A DNA stretch of 62,860 nt from an uncultured bacterium (lineage in GTDB: Bacteria > Omnitrophota > Omnitrophia > Omnitrophales > Danuiimicrobiaceae): positions 1 through 62,860 of the forward strand of contig CAYJWM010000003.1 of assembly GCA_964373885.1 (NCBI GenBank), given 5' to 3'. The position numbers and the translations under genes are program-made. Below are positions 49,506 to 58,824 of the stretch, one piece after another. The notes beneath the pieces are model-generated. The model did not search any database. It saw nothing but the letters and a program-made list of their open reading frames with translations, and had not been told where the DNA came from. Every line of letters begins with the position of its first letter. The stretch's first letter is position 1.

Positions 49506-51152
49506 ATGAAACCCATACGATTATTTTTAGTTTCCATTCTCTTCGGTTCCATGTTTTTTATTTTTGAGTCAAAACTTCCGGCCGAGCCCGCTCCCCAAGG
49601 GGAGGGGACATCCGAATCAACGGAAGCCGTTGAACCACCCGAAACTTCCTCCGAAGCATCTTCTTTTCCGGAGGAAGAGACCGTTTTGGAACCGCCCGCT
49701 CCTGCCCCTGCACCCACAACGGCGCCCGGCAATGTAAGTCTTGATTTTAAGGATGCGGACATCAATAATGTACTGCGCATTTTAAGCTTAAAAAGCAAGG
49801 TGAATATTGTGACGGGCCCTGAGGTGCAGGGGACGGTCACGATACGGCTCGAGGATGTGCCCTGGGAGAAGGCATTGGATGTGGTGTTGCGCACCTATGG
49901 GTATGTATATGAGCGAAAAGACAACATCATACGCGTGACGACCAAGGACAATTTGGCCACGGAGGAGCTTGTGACCGAGACCTTTATTTTAAATTACACC
50001 ACGTCCAAGGAAGCCGAGGAGGCCATTAAGGATATTTTGTCCGAGCGCGGCCGGGTGAAGGAAGTACCGCGGACCAATATGCTGGTGGTAACGGATATTC
50101 CGACCAATGTGTATAAAATACGCGAGGTCATCAGAAAGCTGGACAAAAGCACGCCGCAAGCTTATATTGATTCGAAAATCGTGAAAACACAGATACAGGA
50201 AGGCGAAAATCTGGGGATTAAATGGACGCCTGGCGGAACGTTTACCGGAGCTGCACGCCCCACCACTTTTCCGTTTCAAGCTTTCAATGCGGATAACAAT
50301 GACGAGAGACTTGGTTTTTTTGATAGGGCGTTTCGGCCCTATTTCCCGGGTGTTGTCACAGCCGATGCAGCGAATACGCTCGATAACAGATCTTTTCCTC
50401 CAACTGTCGTTGATGTAGCAGCTGCGGGAGGGTCGGCGTTCTCTACGGGGACATTAAGTTTTGCATCATTTTCATCGGTTTTAGAGTTTTTGAGGACGCG
50501 GCAGAATACCAAGGTCATTTCGAACCCTAGAATCACCGTTTTGAACAATCAAGCGGCGAAAATCAAAGTGGGAACGGATGTGGCGCTTCCTACTTTTGAG
50601 CGCAATGAGACCACGGGAAGTTTTGAAATTGCGGGTTATACGTATAGGGAAACGGGCGTGGTGATGGATGTGACGCCGCATATCAATGACGCCGATGAAA
50701 TTTTGGTGGATTTAAAGCCGGAAATCAGCGAGACGAGCGGCAGTACCACATTCAGCTCCAGCACTACTGCTTCATTTACCTCGATTCCAAATTTCGCCGT
50801 GACCAATGCTTCAACCCAGGTGCTAATCAAAAGCGGCGAAACCATTGCCATCGGCGGTCTCATGACGGATGCGCGGGACAATACGGAGAATAAAATCCCG
50901 TTTTTTGGCGATCTCCCCATTGTGGGCAAAGTATTTCGGTCTAAGCGTCAGGCGCAGGGAACTTCAAATCAAAAGGCCGAGACGCTGTTTTTTGTAACGG
51001 TCACAATCGTGGATACGACGGGTCAGCCGACCCGGCAGTTGAATATTCAAAGCGGAAGCGTCGTGACGGGCGTCGGGAATGACGGCATGGTGGTGGCAAG
51101 CAATCAGCCCGCCATTTCAACCGCCAATACGCCTGTGGCAAGCGCCGGCTGA
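49506..51152 (+). CDS. pilQ: type IV pilus secretin PilQ
   Basis: ATG at 49506 (MKPIRLFLVSILFGSMFF signal peptide; the ORF is open from 49395). Secretin N-domains (VSLDFKDADINNVLRIL) and a C-terminal secretin block IPFFGDLPIVGKVFRS. Confidence 0.9.
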   Translation: MKPIRLFLVSILFGSMFFIFESKLPAEPAPQGEGTSESTEAVEPPETSSEASSFPEEETVLEPPAPAPAPTTAPGNVSLDFKDADINNVLRILSLKSKVNIVTGPEVQGTVTIRLEDVPWEKALDVVLRTYGYVYERKDNIIRVTTKDNLATEELVTETFILNYTTSKEAEEAIKDILSERGRVKEVPRTNMLVVTDIPTNVYKIREVIRKLDKSTPQAYIDSKIVKTQIQEGENLGIKWTPGGTFTGAARPTTFPFQAFNADNNDERLGFFDRAFRPYFPGVVTADAANTLDNRSFPPTVVDVAAAGGSAFSTGTLSFASFSSVLEFLRTRQNTKVISNPRITVLNNQAAKIKVGTDVALPTFERNETTGSFEIAGYTYRETGVVMDVTPHINDADEILVDLKPEISETSGSTTFSSSTTASFTSIPNFAVTNASTQVLIKSGETIAIGGLMTDARDNTENKIPFFGDLPIVGKVFRSKRQAQGTSNQKAETLFFVTVTIVDTTGQPTRQLNIQSGSVVTGVGNDGMVVASNQPAISTANTPVASAG

Positions 51153-51195
51153 ACCTTGGAACGATTACAAATGAAAAAAATGAAAACGCAAAAAA

Positions 51196-51234
51196 GGGGC
51201 AGGCGACGACTGCTTCGCCGCCTGCCCCTTTTTT
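51196..51234 (+). terminator. rho-independent terminator after pilQ
   Basis: GGGGCAGGCG...CGCCTGCCCC 10-bp stem followed by T6. The loop contains GACGACTGCTTCGC, the reverse complement of the dispersed GCGAAGCAGTCGTC motif. Confidence 0.85.
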
Positions 51235-51252
51235 ATCTAGAAGGAATGAATC

Positions 51253-52764
51253 ATGATCATGAAAAAGGAAATTTTAATGTCCCTCGAGGTCAACGAAAAA
51301 AGGGTGTCCATCCTCGAGAACGGAAAATTGGAAGAGTTTTTTATCGAGCGCTCCGATGCCTTGAAGATGTTCGGCAATATTTACAAAGGGAAGGTGAAGT
51401 CGGTGATTCCCGGCATCGGAGCGTCCTTCGTCGATTTGGGGACCAAAAAGGACGGTTTTCTCTATGTGGGGGATGCGGTCGAATCGCCCCTGGGTTTGGA
51501 TTCGGCCTTTGAAGAATTAGAAGTAGAAGGCGGCAAGAAAAAAAATCATCGCGAGCTTCCGCGCATTGAAGACGTTTTAAAAGTCGGGCAGGAAGTGATT
51601 GTCCAAGTGGTCAAGGAAGCCATCCGCGATAAAGGTCCCCGGCTCACCACTCATTTTGCGATCCCCGCCCGCTATCTGGTCCTGATGCCCGGTGAGAACA
51701 AGATCGGGATTTCCCGCCGAATCGACTCGGCTGAAGAGCGCGAACGAATCCGCAAAGTCTTCGCCGAAATTGACCTGCCCAAGGAATGCGGTTTTATCGT
51801 CCGCACTGCCGCTGAAGGCAAAGACAAGCGCGAAATCATCCGCGACGTCAAATATCTGGCCAAAATTTGGCAGAACATCAAGTCCGAAATCCATAAGAAG
51901 AAGGCCTCCAGTCTCATTCATCGGGAGCTGGGCCTGGTCGAGCGTGTCATCCGCGACTTTTTCACGGAGGACATGGACCGTATCGTGGTGGATCATCAGG
52001 TGCTGCATGATCAGGTCAGGCGCTTTCTCAAGCTGTATCTTCCCGGCAAAAAGGTGGCTCTTGAATGGCATCGGGGTGCCGTGCCTCTTTTTGAAAAATA
52101 CAACATTGAAAAAGAAATTGAAAAAACCTTTCACAAAAAGGTGTTTTTGCGCTCCGGCGGCCATATTGTCATCGAGCAGACAGAAGGGCTTGTCGCCATT
52201 GACGTGAACACCGGCAAGTTTACCGGCCATAAGAACCTTGAAGAGACCGTTTATCGCACCAATCTGGAAGCGGCTGAGGAAGTGGCCAGACAAGTCCGGC
52301 TCCGCGATATGGGCGGAATCATCATTATTGATTTCATCGACATGTTGAGCCATGAACACAGGCGCCATCTGTTTCGCGTGTTCCGGGATGCGATGAAAAG
52401 GGACAGGGCCAAGACCAATATTCTTCAGATGTCCGAGCTTGGGCTTGTCGAGATGACACGGCAAAGGATTCGCGCCTCTTTGGAAAGCGCTGTGTACGAT
52501 TCCTGTCCGTATTGCGAGGGAAAGGGGATTGTCAAATCCGTCACGACCATGACCATTCAGGCGATCAAAGAGATGAAAAAGACGCTGAACGGTGTCAAGA
52601 ATAAAGTGGTCAATGTGTATCTTCACCCCGAAGTGGCCGAACGCATGCTCCGGCAGGAGCAGAGGTCCATACGCGAATTGGAGCACTCGGCGAGGAGCCG
52701 GATTTTCATTTTGGCCGATCCCAGTTTGCACCGCGAGGACACCAACATCACCTTTGTTGAGTAA
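51253..52764 (+). CDS. rng: Rne/Rng family ribonuclease (RNase G-like)
   Basis: 503 aa with an S1 domain (GNIYKGKVKSVIPGIGASFVDLG), a DNase I-like catalytic region (VAIDVNTGKF) and a Zn-link CPYCEGKG. Start among the ATGs at 51253, 51259 and 51280. Confidence 0.9.
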   Translation: MIMKKEILMSLEVNEKRVSILENGKLEEFFIERSDALKMFGNIYKGKVKSVIPGIGASFVDLGTKKDGFLYVGDAVESPLGLDSAFEELEVEGGKKKNHRELPRIEDVLKVGQEVIVQVVKEAIRDKGPRLTTHFAIPARYLVLMPGENKIGISRRIDSAEERERIRKVFAEIDLPKECGFIVRTAAEGKDKREIIRDVKYLAKIWQNIKSEIHKKKASSLIHRELGLVERVIRDFFTEDMDRIVVDHQVLHDQVRRFLKLYLPGKKVALEWHRGAVPLFEKYNIEKEIEKTFHKKVFLRSGGHIVIEQTEGLVAIDVNTGKFTGHKNLEETVYRTNLEAAEEVARQVRLRDMGGIIIIDFIDMLSHEHRRHLFRVFRDAMKRDRAKTNILQMSELGLVEMTRQRIRASLESAVYDSCPYCEGKGIVKSVTTMTIQAIKEMKKTLNGVKNKVVNVYLHPEVAERMLRQEQRSIRELEHSARSRIFILADPSLHREDTNITFVE

Positions 52765-52832
52765 CTGCTTTGCTGGCGAGTAGGCCTTGCGTTCGGCACC
52801 GGCGTAGTTCGATCGCGCCATGCATTCTGTAA

Positions 52833-52994
52833 GTCAAACTTTCTGCTTGCCTCTCGCGGACGCTGCGCGCGGCTGATTTTTAGCCGAGCGGGCTAAGCAA
52901 AAATCAGCCGTGCTCGCTCGGTTCCTCGCGCTCCGCTTCGAGTGAGGAAGCTGCGCACTCGTCAACGCCACTACGAGGCAACAGAAAGTTTGAC
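52833..52994 (+). repeat. 162-nt structured element closed by a 20-bp stem (copy C; a different sequence family from A/B)
   Basis: GTCAAACTTTCTGCTTGCCTC (52833-52853) pairs with GAGGCAACAGAAAGTTTGAC (52975-52994). Internal hairpin GGCTGATTTTTAGCC-gagcg-GGCTAAGCAAAAATCAGCC. Confidence 0.6.
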
Positions 52995-53152
52995 AATCAG
53001 GCGATTTAGCGCCAAGCACTCTTCGACGAGCGATTTCGGATTTTCCCGACTGTTTGCGATGTTTCTCCTAAATCGCAATCCCATTTATGGATTTTTATTC
53101 CATAGGATCGGGATAGCCCCGTGGGGCAAGGGAAGCGGCATTGTCCTAAATG

Positions 53153-53243
53153 GCAGCGAAGCAGTCATCGCAGATGGCAACGCCGAGGGCTCCCGCGATT
53201 TAGAGAAATCACTCGCAGGAGGAATAAATCTGAGCCAGCGAGG
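53153..53243 (+). repeat. D-module repeat, copy 2
   Basis: GCAGCGAAGCAGTCATCGCAGATGGCAA, GCCGAGGGCTCCCGCGATTTA and AGCGAGG blocks match 28339-28453. Confidence 0.65.
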
Positions 53244-53429
53244 AGAAGAGGTGCTTGGCGCAGTAAACTGCCGGCGCCGTAAACAAGGTCTCCGCTGCCG
53301 TGCCCTCTACGCCTCGCGGGTGCGTTTTCCGCTTTTTTGTTGCACGGAAGGATTTTCAGGTCTAGAATAACCTGTTTTGTAAGTGTTTTGGCAAAAGTGA
53401 TTTAGAAGGTGTGAAAGGGTTGTAACGAT

Positions 53430-54425
53430 ATGGTTGTTCTCGCCGCAGTTTTTGGTGTTCTTATCGTCATCGCCATCGGCTCCATTTTTTATTTCCTCCT
53501 TAAAAGCACTTCTTCCATTCAAAAGGAACTTTCTTTGGTGACAAGCCGCGTGAATCAATACCTGGCAGAAACGGCCCGCCTCAACCAAGAATCCGGCGCC
53601 GGAACGGTAAAGGCGATTGGGGATGTGTATACGCGGCTCGGCTCGCTTGAGGAATCAGCCCATAAAATTTACCGCATCGGGGAGGAAATCGGAAAACTCC
53701 AGGAATTGCTGAAAGCCCCGAAGGCCCGGGGCGGCTTCGGCGAATGGATGCTGCAAGACCTTTTGGAGCAGATGATTCCGAAGGATCACTTTCGCCTGCA
53801 GTACCAGTTTCGCGGAGGGGCGAGGGTGGATGCCGCGCTTTTGGTGGGGGAGTATGTGGTCCCGGTAGACGCAAAATTCCCGCTTGAAAATTTTGAGCGC
53901 TACCGCACAAGCGCGCTTCCGGATGAGAAAAAGAAAATGCGCCGCGAATTTGCACGCGACATCAAAAAGCATGTCGACGCCATTTCGGAGCGCTACATCA
54001 TCCCTGAGGAAGGCACGCTTGACTTTGCGCTGATGTATATTCCGGCCGAAGGCGTTTACTATGAAATGATCACAAGGGACGAAACTTCAGATGAGGTGGA
54101 CTTGTATCAATATTCCATCGAGCGAAGGGTGATTCCCGTATCGCCCAACAGCTTTTATGCGTATCTGCAGGTGATTTTAATGGGCCTCAGGGGGCTTCGG
54201 GTGGATCGCGAGGCAAGGCAGATCGCCAGGTCGCTTGAGCAGATGCGCGGTGATTTCGGGAAAATCGTAGAAGATTTGGAAGTGCTTGGTTCGCATTTAA
54301 ATCGGGCGCAGGGCGGCTATGAGCGGGTCCGGCGGGGAACGGAACGATTTGACGCGAAGCTGGGGCTGTTGGATTTCGCGAAAACCCAAGCGCCCGAGAT
54401 CGAACCCTCGGAAATTTCAAAATGA
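53430..54425 (+). CDS. rmuC: DNA recombination protein RmuC
   Basis: 331 aa with an N-terminal TM helix, a coiled-coil and a C-terminal RmuC nuclease-like domain (VDAALLVGEYVVPVDAKFPLE...ALMYIPAEGVY). Confidence 0.85.
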   Translation: MVVLAAVFGVLIVIAIGSIFYFLLKSTSSIQKELSLVTSRVNQYLAETARLNQESGAGTVKAIGDVYTRLGSLEESAHKIYRIGEEIGKLQELLKAPKARGGFGEWMLQDLLEQMIPKDHFRLQYQFRGGARVDAALLVGEYVVPVDAKFPLENFERYRTSALPDEKKKMRREFARDIKKHVDAISERYIIPEEGTLDFALMYIPAEGVYYEMITRDETSDEVDLYQYSIERRVIPVSPNSFYAYLQVILMGLRGLRVDREARQIARSLEQMRGDFGKIVEDLEVLGSHLNRAQGGYERVRRGTERFDAKLGLLDFAKTQAPEIEPSEISK

Positions 54426-54787
54426 AATCTCAAATGGTTTATTCGATGGTAACGACGTTCCGGATGCTTGCGCTATTTTCCGTGATGCTGCGTTCGGATT
54501 TATGCGCGGGGGAAACCACCGTGGAAATTCACAGCGTGGATGACCGCGTGAAGGCCACGATCACTTCCCCAAGACCCGTAGCGGCTGATGTAGAGCCCCG
54601 TTCGATCGAAAAGCCCATTTTGGCGGTGGAGGATACCACCATCGGAGTGGCCGGCAAATCGACCAAGCTGGTGGGGAAAGGAACAGACGCGGCCGTGGAT
54701 ACGGTTCAAAAAGTGGGGGACTCCTTTTTCGCGCGATTTTTTAAAGCACTTGATATAAGCCGTTGGAACAAACGGAAGGAACCTTAA
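54422..54787 (+). CDS. hypothetical exported protein
   Basis: 121 aa with a hydrophobic N-terminus (MLALFSVMLRSDLCAG). ATGA overlap with rmuC. No recognisable domain. Confidence 0.45.
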   Translation: MKSQMVYSMVTTFRMLALFSVMLRSDLCAGETTVEIHSVDDRVKATITSPRPVAADVEPRSIEKPILAVEDTTIGVAGKSTKLVGKGTDAAVDTVQKVGDSFFARFFKALDISRWNKRKEP

Positions 54788-54804
54788 ACAGAAAGGGAAA
54801 AAAG

Positions 54805-55167
54805 ATGGCGGGTGCCAAAAAAAAGAAGCCCAAGAAAAAAGCAGTTAAAAAGACGGGGAAAAAGAAAAAATCGGTTTCCAAAAAGAAAACGTCCCGCGCC
54901 GCGAAGAAGAAAGCGCCAAAGCGCACGGTGATCGGAAAGGTGACGCATTATTTTCCCCATGTGAACGCCGCGGTCGTCAAATTGCTCAGGCCGCTTGCTG
55001 TCGGTGAGACAATCGAGGTGATCGGGCATACCACCCATTTCACGCAGCGCATCCAGTCCATGCAAATCGACCATGTGCCGATTCAAAAGGCGAAAAAAGG
55101 CGATGAGATCGGACTCGAGGTCAAAGAACGCGTCCGCGAGCATGACCAAGTAGTCCTCCCCAAATAA
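54805..55167 (+). CDS. lysine-rich N-terminal tail fused to a small EF-Tu-domain-2-like beta-barrel protein
   Basis: ATG at 54805. About 35 residues of K-rich tail (AGAKKKKPKKKAVKKTGKKKKSVSKKKTSRAAKKKAPK). Then VIGKVTHYFPHVNAAVVKL...GDEIGLEVKERVREHDQVV, which I recall as the translation elongation factor-like small protein family. Confidence 0.5.
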   Translation: MAGAKKKKPKKKAVKKTGKKKKSVSKKKTSRAAKKKAPKRTVIGKVTHYFPHVNAAVVKLLRPLAVGETIEVIGHTTHFTQRIQSMQIDHVPIQKAKKGDEIGLEVKERVREHDQVVLPK

Positions 55168-55179
55168 GCCCGCCGGGCC

Positions 55180-55488
55180 ATGTGGATTCGCGTCTGGAAA
55201 GATGAGCATCTCGCCGAGATACAAGCGCATTTGATGGTGGTGGGTGATTTAAAGGGCAATTGCGCGTCCTGCAAAGAACTCAATCTGGATTATAAAACCG
55301 CACGCCAGTGTCCCCACTGCGGCACCCAGTTCAAGTACATCACGAGCCGCCGGTTCGAATCCCACCCGGGGGAGCGTTTTCAAATTGTGAAGCGGCTTTC
55401 CGACATTCGCAAAGATTTGACTTGGATTGATTACGACGATTATAAAAAGTTGACGGGGCGTGAAAAAGCAAAAGACTTCTTTGGTTAA
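55180..55488 (+). CDS. hypothetical protein with CxxC...CxxC zinc-ribbon-like motif
   Basis: 102 aa. CASC-(16 residues)-CPHC. No other recognisable feature. Confidence 0.4.
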   Translation: MWIRVWKDEHLAEIQAHLMVVGDLKGNCASCKELNLDYKTARQCPHCGTQFKYITSRRFESHPGERFQIVKRLSDIRKDLTWIDYDDYKKLTGREKAKDFFG

Positions 55489-56644
55489 TCGCGGCGTCGC
55501 CTGGCTGGCGGGTCTCGTCTATTTCATTCAAGGGGCGCTGGGGATTGCGTCCGTGGCGCTTCCGCTTTATTTGAGGGCCCAAGGGTTCAGCATCGCCAAA
55601 ATTGCCTGGATATCGGCGCTTGTTTCCGTGCCGTGGTTTTTTAAAATTCTCTATGGGGCCCTTTCCGATGCGGTTCCTCTTTTTCACCTGAGGCGCAAGC
55701 CCTATCTTGTGATTTCCTGCTTTCTGTCTTGCGCGGGATGGTGCTTGCTTGCGGTGTTACCTGCTCGGGAGCTTTGGCTCATTATTTCCATGTTCGTTTT
55801 TCAGCTCGGATCGGCTGCGACGGACGTCATTACAGACGGCCTTGTGGTGGATTATTCGGGTGAGGGAAGCGCCCAAACCTATCAAAGCATCTCATGGGGA
55901 TTTAGGAGTCTAGGGGCCCTTCTTGGCGGCGTCACCGGAGGGTATTTGGCCGCTGCCATCCCCCCGAAGCTGATTTTTTTGGTCACAAGCACGCTCCCGC
56001 TTCTGGCCCTGCCCGCGATTTTTCAACTTCATGAAAAGCCCGAGATAAAGCCGCCATTTTCCATTTTGGCCCCCATTGTGTTAAGTCTGCGTCTTATTGC
56101 TCAAGGTGATCTCAGGTGGTTTTCGCTTCTGGTGGTCGCGACCTCCTTTGGAGCGATGTTCGGGACCCCGTTTTTCTTTTATTTGAACGAAACGCTTCAT
56201 TTCGGAGAATTTTTTCTCGGCGTTTTACAGAGCACCGCTTGGGCGGGAGCGGTAATCGGCTGTTTTCTGTTTTTGGGTTTTTTCCGGCAACGACCGGTTA
56301 AACAGGCCCTTTATTGGGCCATTGGGATCGGTTTTGCGAATACCCTGCTCGCACTTTTGGTGGCGGGCCAGTCAAGCGCCTTTCTGATTTTTTTCTTCTC
56401 AGGGATTATGGATTATATAACGCTTCTGCCGTTTATGGCCTCCGCCGCGAAGCTGGCTCACGGAACAGGGGCGGAGGGTTCTTTGTTTGCGGTGTTGATG
56501 AGCATTCTGAATGCGGCAAAGGCGCTTGCCGCTTATGTGGGAGGTGTTCTTTTCGGCTTCATTGGGCTACAATGGCTTATCGTATTCAGCGCCTGTTCCG
56601 TGCTTTTGGGTTTCATCATTCTTCCGAGATTAAAAACGCTTTAA
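55460..56644 (+). CDS. MFS transporter (folate-biopterin transporter BT1-like)
   Basis: 394 aa with about 12 hydrophobic segments. The N-terminus VAWLAGLVYFIQGALGIASVALPLYLR is BT1-like. Confidence 0.7.
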   Translation: MKKQKTSLVNRGVAWLAGLVYFIQGALGIASVALPLYLRAQGFSIAKIAWISALVSVPWFFKILYGALSDAVPLFHLRRKPYLVISCFLSCAGWCLLAVLPARELWLIISMFVFQLGSAATDVITDGLVVDYSGEGSAQTYQSISWGFRSLGALLGGVTGGYLAAAIPPKLIFLVTSTLPLLALPAIFQLHEKPEIKPPFSILAPIVLSLRLIAQGDLRWFSLLVVATSFGAMFGTPFFFYLNETLHFGEFFLGVLQSTAWAGAVIGCFLFLGFFRQRPVKQALYWAIGIGFANTLLALLVAGQSSAFLIFFFSGIMDYITLLPFMASAAKLAHGTGAEGSLFAVLMSILNAAKALAAYVGGVLFGFIGLQWLIVFSACSVLLGFIILPRLKTL

Positions 56645-56655
56645 GGCCGTGTTTT

Positions 56656-56928
56656 GTGAGAGAAAAGTTTCGAGCACTCATTTCGGGGCGCGTTCAAGGG
56701 GTTTTCTTTCGAGCGATGGCGCGGGAAGAGGCCAAGCGGCTTAACCTGCACGGCTTTGCCCGCAATCTGCCCGATGGCAGGGTTGAAATCGTGGGGGAGG
56801 GGGAACGGGCGGCTCTGGAGGAGATGATACGCTGGTGCCGCAAAGGGCCGCAAGGGGCCATGGTGGAATCAGTGGAAATTGAATGGGGGGAAGCCGAGGG
56901 TCAATGGAACGGATTTTGGGTCAAGTGA
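56656..56928 (+). CDS. acyP: acylphosphatase
   Basis: Only the last 90 codons of ORF 56314-56928 are AcyP-like (ISGRVQGVFFR ... GFARNLPDGRVEIV). GTG start at 56656, just after the MFS stop. Confidence 0.8.
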   Translation: MREKFRALISGRVQGVFFRAMAREEAKRLNLHGFARNLPDGRVEIVGEGERAALEEMIRWCRKGPQGAMVESVEIEWGEAEGQWNGFWVK

Positions 56929-56929
56929 C

Positions 56930-58276
56930 ATGAACGCCGAAAGACAGGGGAAACTAGCGGCTGAAATCGCCAAACGTTTGAGGGAGGCGGGACATACCGC
57001 TTTTTTTGCCGGCGGCTGCGTCCGGGATCTCGCGATGCACGAGACGCCGAAGGATTATGATATTGCCACGGCCGCCACGCCCGAGCAAATCGAAAACATT
57101 TTTCCGAAATGTATTCCGGTGGGAAAAAAATTCGGCGTTATGATCGTGGTTCATGGCGACTGCCATTTTGAAGTGGCTACGTTTCGAAAAGAAGGCGTCT
57201 ATCGCGACGCCCGCCGCCCGAGTTCCGTCTCCTTTACCGATGCCGAGGAGGACGCCAAAAGGCGGGACTTTACCGTGAACGGGCTTTTTTATGACCCGCT
57301 TGAGAGAAAGATAATCGATTTCGTGGGAGGCGTCAAAGACATAAAGAAAAAACAAATCCGCGCGATCGGCGATCCGGCCGAGCGCTTCTCGGAAGATCAT
57401 CTCCGTTTGCTGCGCGCGGTTCGTTTCGCCGCTAATTTGGGGTTTCGTATCGAGGCGAACACGTGGCGTGCGCTCAAACGCTTGAGCCGTCACATTCATA
57501 CCGTCAGTCCGGAACGAACTCGGGATGAACTGGTGAAAATGTTTACCCGGCCCCACGCGGGAGAAGCGCTTCGACTTTTGTCGGAAAGCGGCCTGCTCCG
57601 TGAGCTTTTGCCGGAGCTCGAGGCCATGAAGGCCGTCAAGCAGCAGCCGGATTTTCATCCGGAAGGGGATGTGTTTCGCCATACAAAGCTCTTGATGGAG
57701 AAGCTCAAAGCGCCTTCGGTGACGTTGGCGTTCGGTTCGCTTTTGCACGATGTGGGGAAACCGCCCACTTTTTCGAAAGAGGGGGGGACGATTCATTTTT
57801 ACAACCACGCGCATGTAGGGGCGGAAATGGCTCGAGTGATTTTGACCCGGCTGCGTTTTTCCAACCGGGAAATTGAAGCCATCGTATCCTGTGTGGAGAA
57901 CCATATGAAATTTGCCGACGTCAAGAAGATGCGCATCGGGAAGTTGAAACAGTTTACGGTCCGCGATAATTTTCCGACCGAGTTGGAACTGCATCGAATT
58001 GACTGCCTGTCCAGCCACGGCAAACTTGATCTGTACCGTTTTTTAAAACGGAAGGTGAAGGAGTTTGCCAAAGAAGCCCTAAAACCAAAACCGTTGATCA
58101 ACGGCCATGATTTGCTGGCTTTGGGGATAGAAGCGGGGCCTGCCATGAAGGAAATCCTGGAGGAGGCCTATACCTTGCAGCTGGAGGGAAAAATCACGTC
58201 AAAAGACGAGGCCTGTCATTGGGCCAAGCGTTTTATAGGCGCCAAAACGCAGCGCGAAAAGAGGGAAATACGATGA
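56930..58276 (+). CDS. cca: CCA-adding enzyme / tRNA nucleotidyltransferase with HD domain
   Basis: ATG at 56930. Pol-beta head FFAGGCVRD...DYDIAT, an RRDFTVNG motif and a C-terminal HD domain (LLHDVGKP). Confidence 0.88.
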   Translation: MNAERQGKLAAEIAKRLREAGHTAFFAGGCVRDLAMHETPKDYDIATAATPEQIENIFPKCIPVGKKFGVMIVVHGDCHFEVATFRKEGVYRDARRPSSVSFTDAEEDAKRRDFTVNGLFYDPLERKIIDFVGGVKDIKKKQIRAIGDPAERFSEDHLRLLRAVRFAANLGFRIEANTWRALKRLSRHIHTVSPERTRDELVKMFTRPHAGEALRLLSESGLLRELLPELEAMKAVKQQPDFHPEGDVFRHTKLLMEKLKAPSVTLAFGSLLHDVGKPPTFSKEGGTIHFYNHAHVGAEMARVILTRLRFSNREIEAIVSCVENHMKFADVKKMRIGKLKQFTVRDNFPTELELHRIDCLSSHGKLDLYRFLKRKVKEFAKEALKPKPLINGHDLLALGIEAGPAMKEILEEAYTLQLEGKITSKDEACHWAKRFIGAKTQREKREIR

Positions 58277-58824
58277 GCCAAATGATCAGCATTACCGTGA
58301 CGGGCCCGGACCGCCCGGGCATTATCGCGGGCTTAACGGGTGCGATTTTTAAAGCAGGGGGGAATCTGGAAGATGCGAGCATGACCATTTTGGAGGGGGA
58401 GTTCGCCATGATTGTGATCGCATGCCTGCAGAAGGGTTCCCGACAGCGGCTTCAGAATGATTTGACGCGGCTGGGCCGCTCGAAAAAATTGACCGTTGCG
58501 GTAAAAGAAATCAAGGGACGGCTTGTGCGCGGTGAGAAACACAAGCTCGGCACCGAACCCTATATTATTTCGGTTTACGGCAAGGACCGCGCCGGTATTG
58601 TGTATCGGGTGTCGCAATTGCTTGCGGACCAGGGCTTCAACATCACCGATTTGAATTCAAGAATTATAGGGACCGGCCCGCGAAGCGCCTACGCATTAAT
58701 TTTAGAGGTCGATTTGCCGAAAAAACCGAGCGTCGTTGCAAGATTAAATCGAGCATTCGAAATTCTCGCTAAAAAACTGGGCGTCACCATTGCGCTAAAA
58801 CGGCTGGAAACGGTTCGATTGTAA
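58273..58824 (+). CDS. tandem ACT domain protein (GcvR-like)
   Basis: Two ACT-like repeats (ISITVTGPDRPGIIAGLTGAI and IISVYGKDRAGIVYRVSQLL). ATGA overlap with cca. Confidence 0.75.
   Translation: MSQMISITVTGPDRPGIIAGLTGAIFKAGGNLEDASMTILEGEFAMIVIACLQKGSRQRLQNDLTRLGRSKKLTVAVKEIKGRLVRGEKHKLGTEPYIISVYGKDRAGIVYRVSQLLADQGFNITDLNSRIIGTGPRSAYALILEVDLPKKPSVVARLNRAFEILAKKLGVTIALKRLETVRL

Noticed and set aside
51577-52821. 414-aa ORF on the minus strand, antisense to the RNase G gene. Similar long antisense ORFs occur at 38593-39624 (343 aa, opposite pilS/pilR), 56954-58018 (354 aa, opposite cca), 36129-36842 and 5678-6454.
   Set aside because: Each lies entirely opposite a confidently identified sense gene. 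Their sequences are low-complexity and R/G/H/F-rich with no recognisable motifs. They look like shadow ORFs produced by the codon bias of the sense strand.
56314-56655. First 114 codons of ORF 56314-56928.
   Set aside because: This stretch overlaps the MFS transporter in another frame. Only the last 90 codons are acylphosphatase-like, so the start was moved to the GTG at 56656.
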